This document shows positions 1 to 9,635 of a stretch of 64,000 nt of DNA, piece after piece. The notes under the pieces are model-generated. The model saw only the letters and a list, made by a program, of their open reading frames with translations, was not told where the DNA came from and made no database searches. The position numbers and the translations under genes are program-made. Location of the stretch: contig CAWAUV010000007.1 of assembly GCA_963785305.1 (NCBI GenBank), positions 544,001 to 608,000 on the forward strand, in the 5' to 3' direction. The DNA comes from an uncultured Planctomycetaceae bacterium. Its GTDB lineage: Bacteria > Planctomycetota > Planctomycetia > Pirellulales > PALSA-1355. Each line of letters opens with the position of its first letter. The first letter of the stretch is position 1.

Positions 1-1421
1 TGATATCATGGGGATGGCTCTCCCTAACCCCGGCGGCCGTGATTTGAATAAACCGCGTCTTGGTGCGGAGGTCTTCAATCGTGGCGGCGCCGGTGTAACC
101 CATGCCGGCTCTTAGTCCGCCGACTAGTTGATAAACGTAACTGTTTAAGGGGCCTTTGAACGGCACCCGACCCTCGACCCCCTCGGGCACCAATTTGCCG
201 GGCATGCGTTCGGCGCCCTGGCGATAGCGTTCGCTCGAGCCCTTGACCATCGCGCCGAGCGAGCCCATGCCGCGATAGGTTTTGAAGCTCCGTCCTTGAT
301 AGAGAATCTGTTCCCCTGGACTCTCCGCCATGCCCGCGAACAGGCCACCGACCATGACCACATGCGCCCCGGCGGCGATCGCCTTGGTGATATCGCCCGA
401 GTAGCGGATGCCGCCATCGGCGATGATCGGCGTGCCCGATTCCTCGGCCGCCTTGCGGGCATCGGCGATCGCCGTGATTTGCGGCACGCCGACTCCGGAG
501 ATGACGCGCGTGGTGCAGATCGAACCGGGCCCGATGCCGACTTTCACGGCGTCGACCCCGGCGGCGATCAGATCGCGCGCTCCCTCGGCGGTGGCGACGT
601 TTCCCGCGACCACGTCGATATCCCAGCGTTTCTTGATGTTTCGCACCGTTTCGATCACATTGGCCGAGTGGCCGTGGGCGCTGTCGACCACGAGCACATC
701 GACATCCTTTGCCAGCAAGCTTTCGATGCGTTCGTAGTCATGCACGCCCACGGCGGCGCCGACCCGAAGCCGGCCTTTGCTGTCTTTGCAAGCGTTGGGA
801 AAACGCTTCATCATGTCGATGTCTTTGATCGTAATCAGGCCGGTCAGGGTATTATCTTCGTCAACCAGCAAAAGCTTCTCGACCTTTTTTGTCATTAAGA
901 TCTTCTCAGCTTCCGCAAGCGTTACAGTCCCCGTGGCGGTGACGAGGTGCTCGCGCGTCATGACAGCAGCGCAGGTCAGGTCGCCGTTTTCCAGGAATCG
1001 CAGGTCGCGCACGGGTGATGATGCCCACGAGTTGCCGGTTGCCCTGGGTGATCGGCACTCCGGAAACATGATGCTGATCCATCACTTCGCGGGCCCGGGT
1101 CACGGAGGCCTCGGGCGGCAGCGTGACCGGATCGGTGATGATCCCGTTGGCGCTCCGCTTCACCTTGTCGACTTCCTCGGTCTGGCGAGCGACGGACATG
1201 TTTTTGTGAATCACGCCCAGGCCGCCTTCTTGGGCGAGCGCGATCGCCATTTCGCTTTCGGTCACGGTGTCCATCGGCGAGCTAAGCAGCGGGATATTCA
1301 AGCGAATGCGGCGCGTCAGCCGAGTCGAGACATCGACCTCGCTGGGCACAACCGTGGAATATCGTGGTTCGAGCAGCACATCGTCGAAGGTAATTCCCAC
1401 GCGACCGATTTTGTCTTGCAT
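1..1421 (-). CDS. guaB: IMP dehydrogenase; frameshift ~1010; 3' end runs off window
   Basis: N-term [11 protein letters not shown]...[12 protein letters not shown]...[12 protein letters not shown] region; downstream frame has [36 protein letters not shown]. Confidence 0.96.
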
Positions 1422-1708
1422 GCGTTCCCTCCCAAACTGGAACTTGCGAAATCGCGGTCCCAAAAGCAAACAACGACCGGCGGCGCCGCTTCCGAAGCCC
1501 GCCGCGACTTGCGCTCGAACGCGCGGCGCGATTCACCGCGCGTTCGATGCAAACCGCGGGCAAGTCCGCGACGCCCCGGCCGCCGAAAAAGAGTGCCGAA
1601 ATTATGCCGGCCTGGGGCCAAAATGGCAACGAGCTACCTCGAGCGGCCCGATAACACGGGAGCGACTCACTTGGCGCCCGTCTCGCCCCCCGCCGCGCGC
1701 ATCGCCCG

Positions 1709-1794
1709 CACAAGCCTGAAAGCGCCCGCGAAGAAAGACGAAATCTAGCGGCCGACGAAGCGGACATGCATTCGCTGGCGCTTCAGGCTTGTGT
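1709..1794. repeat. REP-like inverted pair
   Basis: cacaagcctgaaagcgcccgcgaa (1709-1732) and ttcgctggcgcttcaggcttgtgt (1771-1794); reverse complement of the latter equals 62104-62127. Confidence 0.8.
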
Positions 1795-1822
1795 GGGGAA
1801 GTCTCCCTCCCGGCCCTTGGCG

Positions 1823-2953
1823 TTACACCCGGCGCAGCTTGGTCACGCGGCCGTAGGGCAGCCATTCGGCCACATAGATATCGCCGGCGCGATCCCAAGT
1901 GGCGCCGTGCGGGCAGCAGAAGGCGCCGGCCGTGAGGTCGTCGCGCTTCACGCCGTTGTTGGCTCGCTGCGACACATTGGGATTGTCGCCGAGCTGCACG
2001 ATCACGTTGTTCGCCTTGTCGAGCACCGTGACCCGTCCGCGCAGGTCGGGCACCAACAGCTCTTCGCCGCGGAGGCTGAAGTGGCAGGGTCGCCGAAATT
2101 TGCCATCGTCGCCGGCGGCGCTGGGGTCGTTGGTCACCAGGTGGTCGAGCTTGCCGTCGAGCGTGAAATACTGCAAGCGGTGATGCTCGCGGTCGGCCAC
2201 CACGATCAGCGGATTGGCGGCGTCGCGCGTGTCGCAGTAGATGCCGTGGGGACACGCGGTTTGGTCGTCGGCGTTGCCTTTGCCGCCAAAGGAGCCGAGC
2301 AGCTTGCCGTGGATATCGTAGCGGTGGATGAAGCCGGCGCCGTAGCCATCGGTCACGTAAAAATCGCCGTTGGGGGCGAATGCCGTGAATGTGGGCACAT
2401 AGGGATTCGGGCTGTCGTAACACGGCTTGCCGGCGGCGTCGCGCGCTTCGGCCGGATAGTCGAGCGTGAGAACCACATTGCCCTTGAGGTCGGTCTTATA
2501 CACCTTGTGCTGGCCGGTCGCCGCCAGATAGAGAAACTCTTCGGAGCCTTCCTTGCGCAGGTCCATGCCGTGCGCGGCGCCGGCGTATTGGTCGCCCCAC
2601 GACTCGATGAACTTGCCATCGGGATCGAAAATACATACCGATTGTTTGCCGGTGTGATGCACCAGAATGCGCCCGTCGGCGGCTTCTTGCACGGCGTGGG
2701 TATTGCCGAAGTGGATATGGTCGGGCAGCTTGGCCCAGCCATCGACCACTTCATAGGTGTGGGCGCCCGAGCCGACGATCAGCGGCTTGGAGCCCGACTT
2801 GTCTTGGGCGCCGACAATCGCGGGCGCGGCGAATTCCTTGACCATGGAAAATCCTGCCAGCGCGGCGCCGGCCCCGAGCAACGAACGACGCGAAACGGCT
2901 GGGGAAGACGATGTTTGGGCTGAATCGGGTTTACGAATGCGGGGCGAAGACAT
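1823..2953 (-). CDS. Tat-exported NHL-repeat beta-propeller protein
   Basis: SRRSLL twin-arginine signal; repeats FYVTDGY, PHGI...VADRE, PHGATWD...IYVAEW. Confidence 0.8.
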   Translation of the reverse strand: MSSPRIRKPDSAQTSSSPAVSRRSLLGAGAALAGFSMVKEFAAPAIVGAQDKSGSKPLIVGSGAHTYEVVDGWAKLPDHIHFGNTHAVQEAADGRILVHHTGKQSVCIFDPDGKFIESWGDQYAGAAHGMDLRKEGSEEFLYLAATGQHKVYKTDLKGNVVLTLDYPAEARDAAGKPCYDSPNPYVPTFTAFAPNGDFYVTDGYGAGFIHRYDIHGKLLGSFGGKGNADDQTACPHGIYCDTRDAANPLIVVADREHHRLQYFTLDGKLDHLVTNDPSAAGDDGKFRRPCHFSLRGEELLVPDLRGRVTVLDKANNVIVQLGDNPNVSQRANNGVKRDDLTAGAFCCPHGATWDRAGDIYVAEWLPYGRVTKLRRV

Positions 2954-3103
2954 GGGCAAGGGTTCCGCTGCAAGTGGGAGTGGGGGCGGAGAAAACGGAC
3001 AAGAGCCGCGCCGCCCGAACCATTCGCCCGAGCAGCGCGACGAACCCGATTATCCCTCAAACCGCGAGCACAATCAATCGGCGCACATCATGGAAAGCCG
3101 CCA

Positions 3104-4285
3104 CTATCGCGCAGCTCCGTCGGCGGCGGCGCCCGGCCCGAATTGCACACAGACCGGGGCGCCCAGCGTGATCGAGCGGCCGGTGGGCGAGAGCTTGCCG
3201 GATTGCTCGTCGATCGCGAGCACCACCACATTGTTCGAGTCCTGATTCGCCACCAGCATCCAGCGGCCGGTCGGATCGATGCGGAAATGGCGCGGCGCCG
3301 CGCCACCGCTCGGCTCGTGACCCCGGGCGGTGAGTCGGCCCGACGAGGCATCGCAATCAAACAGCGCGATACTGTCGTGGCCGCGATTGGAAACATAGAT
3401 GAACCGGCCGTTCGGATGCGCCGCGACTTCGGCCGTGGCGTTGGCGCCGGAGAAGTGGGGCGGCAAGGTCGAGAGCGATTCGAGCTCCGTGAGTCGGCCT
3501 TGCTCCGGGTTCCACGCATAGGCGACCAAGCGGCTGCTGGTCTCCATGTTGGAATACAGGAACCGGCCCGCGGGATGAAATACCGAGTGTCGAGGACCGC
3601 TGCCGGCCGGCGTGGCGACAAACGGTGGTTCCGCGGCGGTGAGTCGCGCCTGCTCGGCGTCGAGCCGGTAGACCAGAAGTTCGTCGAGGCCCAAATCGGC
3701 CGACACGGCGAAGCGATCGTCGGGCGAGGCATTGATCGAATGCGCGTGCGGCGCGCTGGCGGCGGCGCCTTGAGGCGCGGCTTGTCGCACGAGTTGGGTC
3801 GCGTCGCCCAGGCTGCCATCGGCGTGAATCCTCAGCGCGGCGACCACGCCGGTGTTGTAATTGGCCACAAGCAAACATTTACCTTGCCGATCGACCGCGG
3901 CATAACAAGGACCGCCGCCGCACGCCGCGCGCTCGCCGAGTTGGCTCAGCTTGCCACTGGCTTGGTCGACGGCGAAGGCCAAGACTCCACCGGCGAGCGA
4001 GCCTTCTTGCAAAACGGCGTAGAGTGTCCGCCCCGCCGCGTCGAGCGTGATGAATGAAGGATCGCCCACCTTGGCAACCAGCGACGCGGGACTCAAGACT
4101 CCGGTCGCGGAGTCGAACTCGGCGTGGTAAACGCCTTCGCTTCCGGCGCGAGAGTATGTTCCGAAGTAAACATGCCGGCACGCATCGGGCGCCGCGCCGC
4201 GGGCGAATTGCAGCGCTAGACGCGAGACGCAGGCGATCGCAAGCAAGGCGATGAGGATTCGGACTGTTGGCGATATGATGCGCAT
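3104..4285 (-). CDS. Lactonase family (6-phosphogluconolactonase-like) beta-propeller with signal peptide
   Basis: YFGTY, LLVANY, PHAH, GSGPRH, YVSNRGHDSIA, PRHF, VANQDS motifs. Confidence 0.9.
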   Translation of the reverse strand: MRIISPTVRILIALLAIACVSRLALQFARGAAPDACRHVYFGTYSRAGSEGVYHAEFDSATGVLSPASLVAKVGDPSFITLDAAGRTLYAVLQEGSLAGGVLAFAVDQASGKLSQLGERAACGGGPCYAAVDRQGKCLLVANYNTGVVAALRIHADGSLGDATQLVRQAAPQGAAASAPHAHSINASPDDRFAVSADLGLDELLVYRLDAEQARLTAAEPPFVATPAGSGPRHSVFHPAGRFLYSNMETSSRLVAYAWNPEQGRLTELESLSTLPPHFSGANATAEVAAHPNGRFIYVSNRGHDSIALFDCDASSGRLTARGHEPSGGAAPRHFRIDPTGRWMLVANQDSNNVVVLAIDEQSGKLSPTGRSITLGAPVCVQFGPGAAADGAAR

Positions 4286-4661
4286 GTTGGCAATCCGCAA
4301 ATAAATGGTTTTAAAATTTCAAGACAACGCGATATCGGGAACTCGATCATAGTTCGCTCGATCGACGCGTGGCAAACGCGCTCGGCGATTGGGGAGCGGC
4401 TGGGCCCATGATTCGGCGTCTCGCGAGGGCTGCTTGACCGCGCCGGGGTGGATCGCTCTATTGAATTTGTCGCCCCGGCGTCGAAAAATTAGTCGACCCG
4501 CACATTCGGGGAGAGCCGGGCGACGCCGACGGGCGGGCGATGCCGCCATCGGGAGTTCCTCCCCAAACGCCTCGTCCGGGCATTTTTTGAACCCTCCGGA
4601 TTTTTCGCGACGCCTATTTTCGGCGCGCTGCGGTTTCGCGATCCTCGATTGAAGGGGCACC

Positions 4662-5039
4662 ATGGGGCTGCGTTTATTAGTCGCCGACGATAACCAAGAC
4701 ACTGCCAATAGTCTGGCGCGCCTCCTGACGCATGAAGGGTTCGAGGTTCAGGTCGCCTTCGATGGTCGCACGGCGCTCGACACCGCGATGGTGTTTCGGC
4801 CCGATGTGCTGATTCTCGATATTCGCATGCCCAGCATCGATGGACTCCAGTTGGCCCACCGCCTGCGCGGCATGCCTGAATTCCAAGGCAAGCTCTTTAT
4901 TGCCCATAGCGGTTTTTCGGAGCAAGAAGATCTCGACCAAGCGTCGCGGGCCGATTTCGACGAATACCTCGTCAAGCCGTTCTCCTGGACCACGCTGATG
5001 ACGATTCTCAACGAAGCGACCGAACGCCTCGGCAAGTAG
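4662..5039 (+). CDS. Single-domain response regulator (CheY-like receiver)
   Basis: LLVADD, LILDIRMP, HSG, YLVKP. Confidence 0.92.
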   Translation: MGLRLLVADDNQDTANSLARLLTHEGFEVQVAFDGRTALDTAMVFRPDVLILDIRMPSIDGLQLAHRLRGMPEFQGKLFIAHSGFSEQEDLDQASRADFDEYLVKPFSWTTLMTILNEATERLGK

Positions 5040-5109
5040 ACACGCGCGGCCCCGCGGCCTATCGTAAACGCATTCCCAGCGAATCCACCCGCGGAGCCGT
5101 GAATGTCTT

Positions 5110-6291
5110 ATGCCGACCAAACATGTTGTGCTCACCGACCAAGCCCGCTCGCTCGACTGGCCCGAACTCACGCTCGGCTCGCATGAAGTCGGCGGCCCGG
5201 CCCGCGGATACCTGGTGCATAAGCGGCGGCTCGAGGGCGGGCTTTCCTCGGGCGTGGAGATGGTGGAGGTCGACAACGGCCGCCTCCGCTTCCGCCTCTT
5301 GCCGACGCGCGGCATGGCCTTGTGGAAGGCGTGGCTGGGCGATATCGAGTTCGGGTGGCGCTCGCCGGCGCGGGGGCCGGTGCATCCGGCGTTTGTTCCG
5401 GTGGGCGAGCCGAGTGGTCTCGGTTTTCTCGACGGCTTCGACGAACTGCTCACCCGCTGCGGTTTGAGCAGCAACGGAGCGCCCGACTTCGACGCCCGCG
5501 GCAATCTCGCCTTTCCGCTGCATGGCCGCATCGCCAATTTGCCGGCCCATTATCTCGATGCGACCATCGATGGCCAGTCGGGCGAGATTCGCATCACGGG
5601 CGAAGTCGCCGAGACACGGTTCCTGGTGCGCAACTGGAAGCTCCGCTCGAGTATTGTCACTCGCGTCGGCCAAGCGGGCTTCACGATCGAAGACGAAGTG
5701 ACCAACGCCTCGGGTCGGGCCGACGAGTTTCAGTTGCTTTATCACATCAATCTCGGCCCACCGCTCTTGGAAGAAGGCGCGGAGTTTTCGGCGCCGGTCA
5801 AGGAACTGGCCCCGCGCAACGCGCGCGCGGCCCAAGACACGGCCACTTGGAATCGCTATGCCGCTCCGCGAGCCGGCTATGCCGAGCAAGTGCATTTCAT
5901 GACGCTGATGGCCGACGAGGAACAGCGTGTCCAAACACTGCTCGCCAATCGCGCCGGCACACTCGGCTTTTCGCTCAAGTACCCGATCGCCCAGTTACCG
6001 TGGTTCGTGCTCTGGAAGAACACGGGCGCCGAGGAAGACGGCTATGTGACGGGCCTCGAGCCGGCCACGAATTTTCCCAACCCGCGTTCGTTCGAAAAAC
6101 AGCAGGGGCGCGTCGTGCGACTCGAGCCGGGCGAGTCGGCCAAGTTTTCGCTCGAATTCTCCCTGCTGTCGAGCGCCGATGAGGTGGGCGCCGCGCGCCG
6201 CGATAGCTCGCATTCAAGAGCGCGGCGAAATCGTAACACATCGCGATCCCAAGCCGGGCTGGAGCGCGGGCGCCGGTTGACGGGCTGTTGA
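5110..6291 (+). CDS. Aldose 1-epimerase-like / DUF4432 protein; C-terminus probably frameshifted
   Basis: PTRGM, FDELLTRCGL, PLHGRIAN, LLYHINLG, YVTGLEPATNFPN. Confidence 0.8.
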   Translation: MPTKHVVLTDQARSLDWPELTLGSHEVGGPARGYLVHKRRLEGGLSSGVEMVEVDNGRLRFRLLPTRGMALWKAWLGDIEFGWRSPARGPVHPAFVPVGEPSGLGFLDGFDELLTRCGLSSNGAPDFDARGNLAFPLHGRIANLPAHYLDATIDGQSGEIRITGEVAETRFLVRNWKLRSSIVTRVGQAGFTIEDEVTNASGRADEFQLLYHINLGPPLLEEGAEFSAPVKELAPRNARAAQDTATWNRYAAPRAGYAEQVHFMTLMADEEQRVQTLLANRAGTLGFSLKYPIAQLPWFVLWKNTGAEEDGYVTGLEPATNFPNPRSFEKQQGRVVRLEPGESAKFSLEFSLLSSADEVGAARRDSSHSRARRNRNTSRSQAGLERGRRLTGC

Positions 6292-6301
6292 GCTTCGTCG
6301 G

Positions 6302-7688
6302 TTATCCCAACGATTGGCTCGGCCGCGGTTCCTTGCTTGGCTCGGGAACGCGCGGCAGCAGTCCGGCGCCCATCACGCGCGTGATCATGCCCAAGTAAAA
6401 GAGATACTGGTAGCGATTCAGGTCCCAGTCGAGCACGCGCATCGTCTGGCCGCGAAGCATGTCAAACGCCAGCCCGCCCAGAATGGTGCTGACGCCGAAA
6501 AAGAGGCCCGTCGCGGCGAAATACGCGGCCACCGCGGCGCCCGATCGCTCGGGCGGCGCGAGATCGAGCAGTAGCTTGGGTACTCCGATATTGATACCGG
6601 CGTAAGCGATCCAAGCGGCCCAAGCCAAGCCAATCGGCCAGAGGCGGTTTTCGTCGGCGAATAAATAGCCGGCCAACCCCAGCCCGACGATCACTTGGCA
6701 CACGACCATCAGGTTGCGAACGCCGCGCCGATCGGCGCCGGCCGATGAGGGGGCTGGCGAGCGATTGCCCCCAGCTTGTCGCCGAGCGCAAGAACAGGCT
6801 CGTCAGAAGATTCAACTCAAGGATATTGATGACGAACAGATTCTGCGCGGTTTGGCTGAAACCATTGAAAAACGAAAACCAGCAGCCGTAGGTCATCAAT
6901 CGCGATACGCCGGGATCGGTAAACATCGCGAGCGTTTCGCGCCACGCGGCGGGCGAGCGGCGCCGCGGAGCTTCGAGCGAGCCGAGGGTCATGGACTCCT
7001 TGGCGCCCGCGGCCGGCAAGTAGAGGAGCATCATGGCCGCCGCGAAGAGCGAAATCGCGCCCCAGGCGGCGAGTGTCGCATAGGCGATGGCCTTGGCTTC
7101 GGGGTCTGGCTGGGTTTCGCGCGGATAGGCCCATAGTCCGCCGGCGAGCATCGCCAAGGTTCTCGCCCCTTCGAAACAGCAGGCGCGCGTGCCGATAAAG
7201 GTTCCCAAGCACTCGGCGTCGATCAGCGCCTTGAGCCAGCTCCAGAGGGCGACCGTGCCCATGTAGTCGAGCAGGTGATAACAGCACCAAAGAGCGATGA
7301 TTCCAGCCAGCGCCAGATGGGCCGCCCGGCCCCCGAGCGCCGTGGGATCGACGCCCAGGGCGACGACCGGCAGCCCTCCGAGCAGCGCCGCGCCGCCGAG
7401 CGAAGCCAGGATGCAAAACCGCTTGCGAGCCAGGGCGTCGTGAGTAAAGCGAACAGCCGCCACGCGCGCCATGCCCACGAAACTGGGCGCCGCGAGAATC
7501 ACGCTCACGCCGAGCCCGGCGACACCGAGCGCCCGCACCAGATAAACGACGACAATCGTGCTCACGAGCCCGCTGCCGACGCCAGCCATCGCGGCCTGGG
7601 CCAAGGCGGGCCACCAGCGAAAAACGCGGCGAAACGACCCGCCGCGGACGGCGCCATGCTCGGCGATAGCAGTGCTCTCGAGCGACAT
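6302..7688 (-). CDS. MFS-like membrane transporter; frameshift ~6730
   Basis: Two adjacent hydrophobic ORFs (6462-7802, 6302-6709) join into a ~12-TM protein. Confidence 0.65.
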
Positions 7689-7940
7689 GTCGCAAGAATA
7701 GGCGTGGAGCGCCAAGATCGCAAGCCGGCGTTGGGAACCACCGAGAACGGCCGCGTGTTTACGCCCCGGCGCTTGACCGCGATTTTGTTGGCATGCTATC
7801 ACTAGATGGTAGCGGCGCCTCCGCTACTGCCCGCGGGCAGCGCCCCACCCGGTGTTTTTCTTCCTGCCCCCGAGCGAGATGGCCCCGCGTTGATTTGCCC
7901 CGAGCGGGTCGGGCCTCTTGCCGCGCACGACGAACTTTCT

Positions 7941-8619
7941 ATGGCTCATCTTACTCTTCGCGTGATCGACGGCGCTGATCGCGGACGTGTCTACGAGAGC
8001 CTGCCCACGCCGGTCACGATCGGGCGCGAAGAGGGCAATTCGATCCAGCTCAACGACGAACGCGTCAGCCGCTTCCATATCAAGATTCAGGAGGATATGG
8101 AAAAGATCGTGGTCACCGACCTCGAAAGCACCAACGGCACACGAGTCAACGGCGAGGATGTGCAGCTACGCATCTTGCGCTATGGCGACATCATCAGCCT
8201 CGGCCGCACGATGTTGCTCTATGGCGCTCGCGAACAGATCGCCCAGCGATTGGCCGACTTGCGTGGGGCCGGGCCACCGACCGGAAGCTACTCGCCGACC
8301 GACTCACGGCGGCTGGATCTCGCATTTTCGCTCGACTTCGAATTGAACTGGACCGACGACCCGCTCGCCCAAAGCGCGCTGCATACGCTGGCCCCGCCCG
8401 AACTACCCGCCCGGCTCAGCCCAGGCCAAGCGGCTCAACTCAGCGAACTGATCGAGTATTTGCATTTGCGAATTCGGTCGCTGCTCGAATCGGTGGAAAC
8501 CAGTGGCGACGACGAACGAGTGACGCTCGGCGCGCGAGTGGCAGAACCTGATCGACACCCAGGCGCGACTGGCCGGCTATCTTCGTCTGATCGGCCGCCC
8601 TGGCGACGACAACGACTGA
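7941..8619 (+). CDS. FHA-domain protein; frameshift ~8530
   Basis: TIGREEGN...VSRFH...DLESTNGTRVNG; shifted frame ends WQNLIDTQARLAGYLRLIGRP. Confidence 0.85.
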
Positions 8620-8647
8620 TGGCCCCCGGGGCGATGGCCTTCGGGTC

Positions 8648-9539
8648 TTAAGCTTCAAGCTCAAGCCCGCGGTCGGTGATGCGAAACGGCACGATCTCGT
8701 CGCCGCACGCGCTGCCGCGGTGCTTGGCCACATGCAGCGCGCGGCGCATGCGATGCCCATCGCGCAGCTTGCCGAGGCAGAGAATCGTGTTGGCGCCGGC
8801 GAGAATATCGCCATCGTCGAGCGGCCGTTCGATCAGCGGCTCGAGCATCGACTCGTGCGTTGTATAAAGCAGCAGGCAGGCGACTTGACGGTGGTCGTAG
8901 GCATGGGCCGCCACCTCGTCCGCCCGCGCGAAACTGCTGCCGAAACAGATCGCGGGCCACCCAGTCGCTCTCCTTGCGCAGGATTTGGTGGTAGATGTAC
9001 TCGAAGAGCTCGAACTGAATCGACTGGCTTTGCCGATCGGCCGGGTCGACGCCATCGATCACCGCCCGACGCACTCCGCGGGCAAACGCGCCATAGAAGA
9101 ACGCGATGGTCACATCGAGTCGCGCCGACAACTGGGCCTGCCAATCGTGCCAGGTGTCGAAATCCACGTCGCGCCGCGACATCCGGCGGCCATCGTTGCG
9201 AAACACATGCAGATATTCGGGCGCCGGCCGGGCGGGATCGAAAAAGTCGTCGAGCGGCGTGCTTTGCTCGGGGTCCTGCGAGGCCAATCGCCAGCCGAAC
9301 ATCCGCTCGGCATAGGCGGCATGGTTTTGCGAATCGACCCGAGCGTGCATATCGAAGATCACGCCGCGCTGGCCTTCGGCCTCGGCGCCGGCAGCGGCGA
9401 ACTGCAAGCCGAGTTGCGTTTTGCCGATGCCGGTGGCTCCCATCACCACGGTGAGCGTGCCGGGCATGAGGCCGCCTCCGAGCAGCGAGTCGAGCCACGG
9501 AATTCCGCTCGAAACACGCGTCGACGAATCGTTGCCCAT
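8648..9539 (-). CDS. Single-domain KaiC/RAD55 (RecA-superfamily) ATPase; frameshift ~8930
   Basis: [15 protein letters not shown], Walker [15 protein letters not shown]-term [11 protein letters not shown]...FRITDRGL. Confidence 0.85.
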
Positions 9540-9635
9540 GCCGTGGCGATACTTTCCTGGCGAAAAGGGAGATAACGAAGACGTGCGTCGCCGCCGCCGC
9601 GGGAAGGCGCCGGCGGCCAGCGCGTCGTCGACGCG

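Noticed and set aside
7788..7805. Sigma-54 promoter (ttggcatgc...)
   Set aside because: No TTGC/GC element at the -12 spacing
8648..9539. Circadian kaiC
   Set aside because: Single domain only; no kaiA or kaiB
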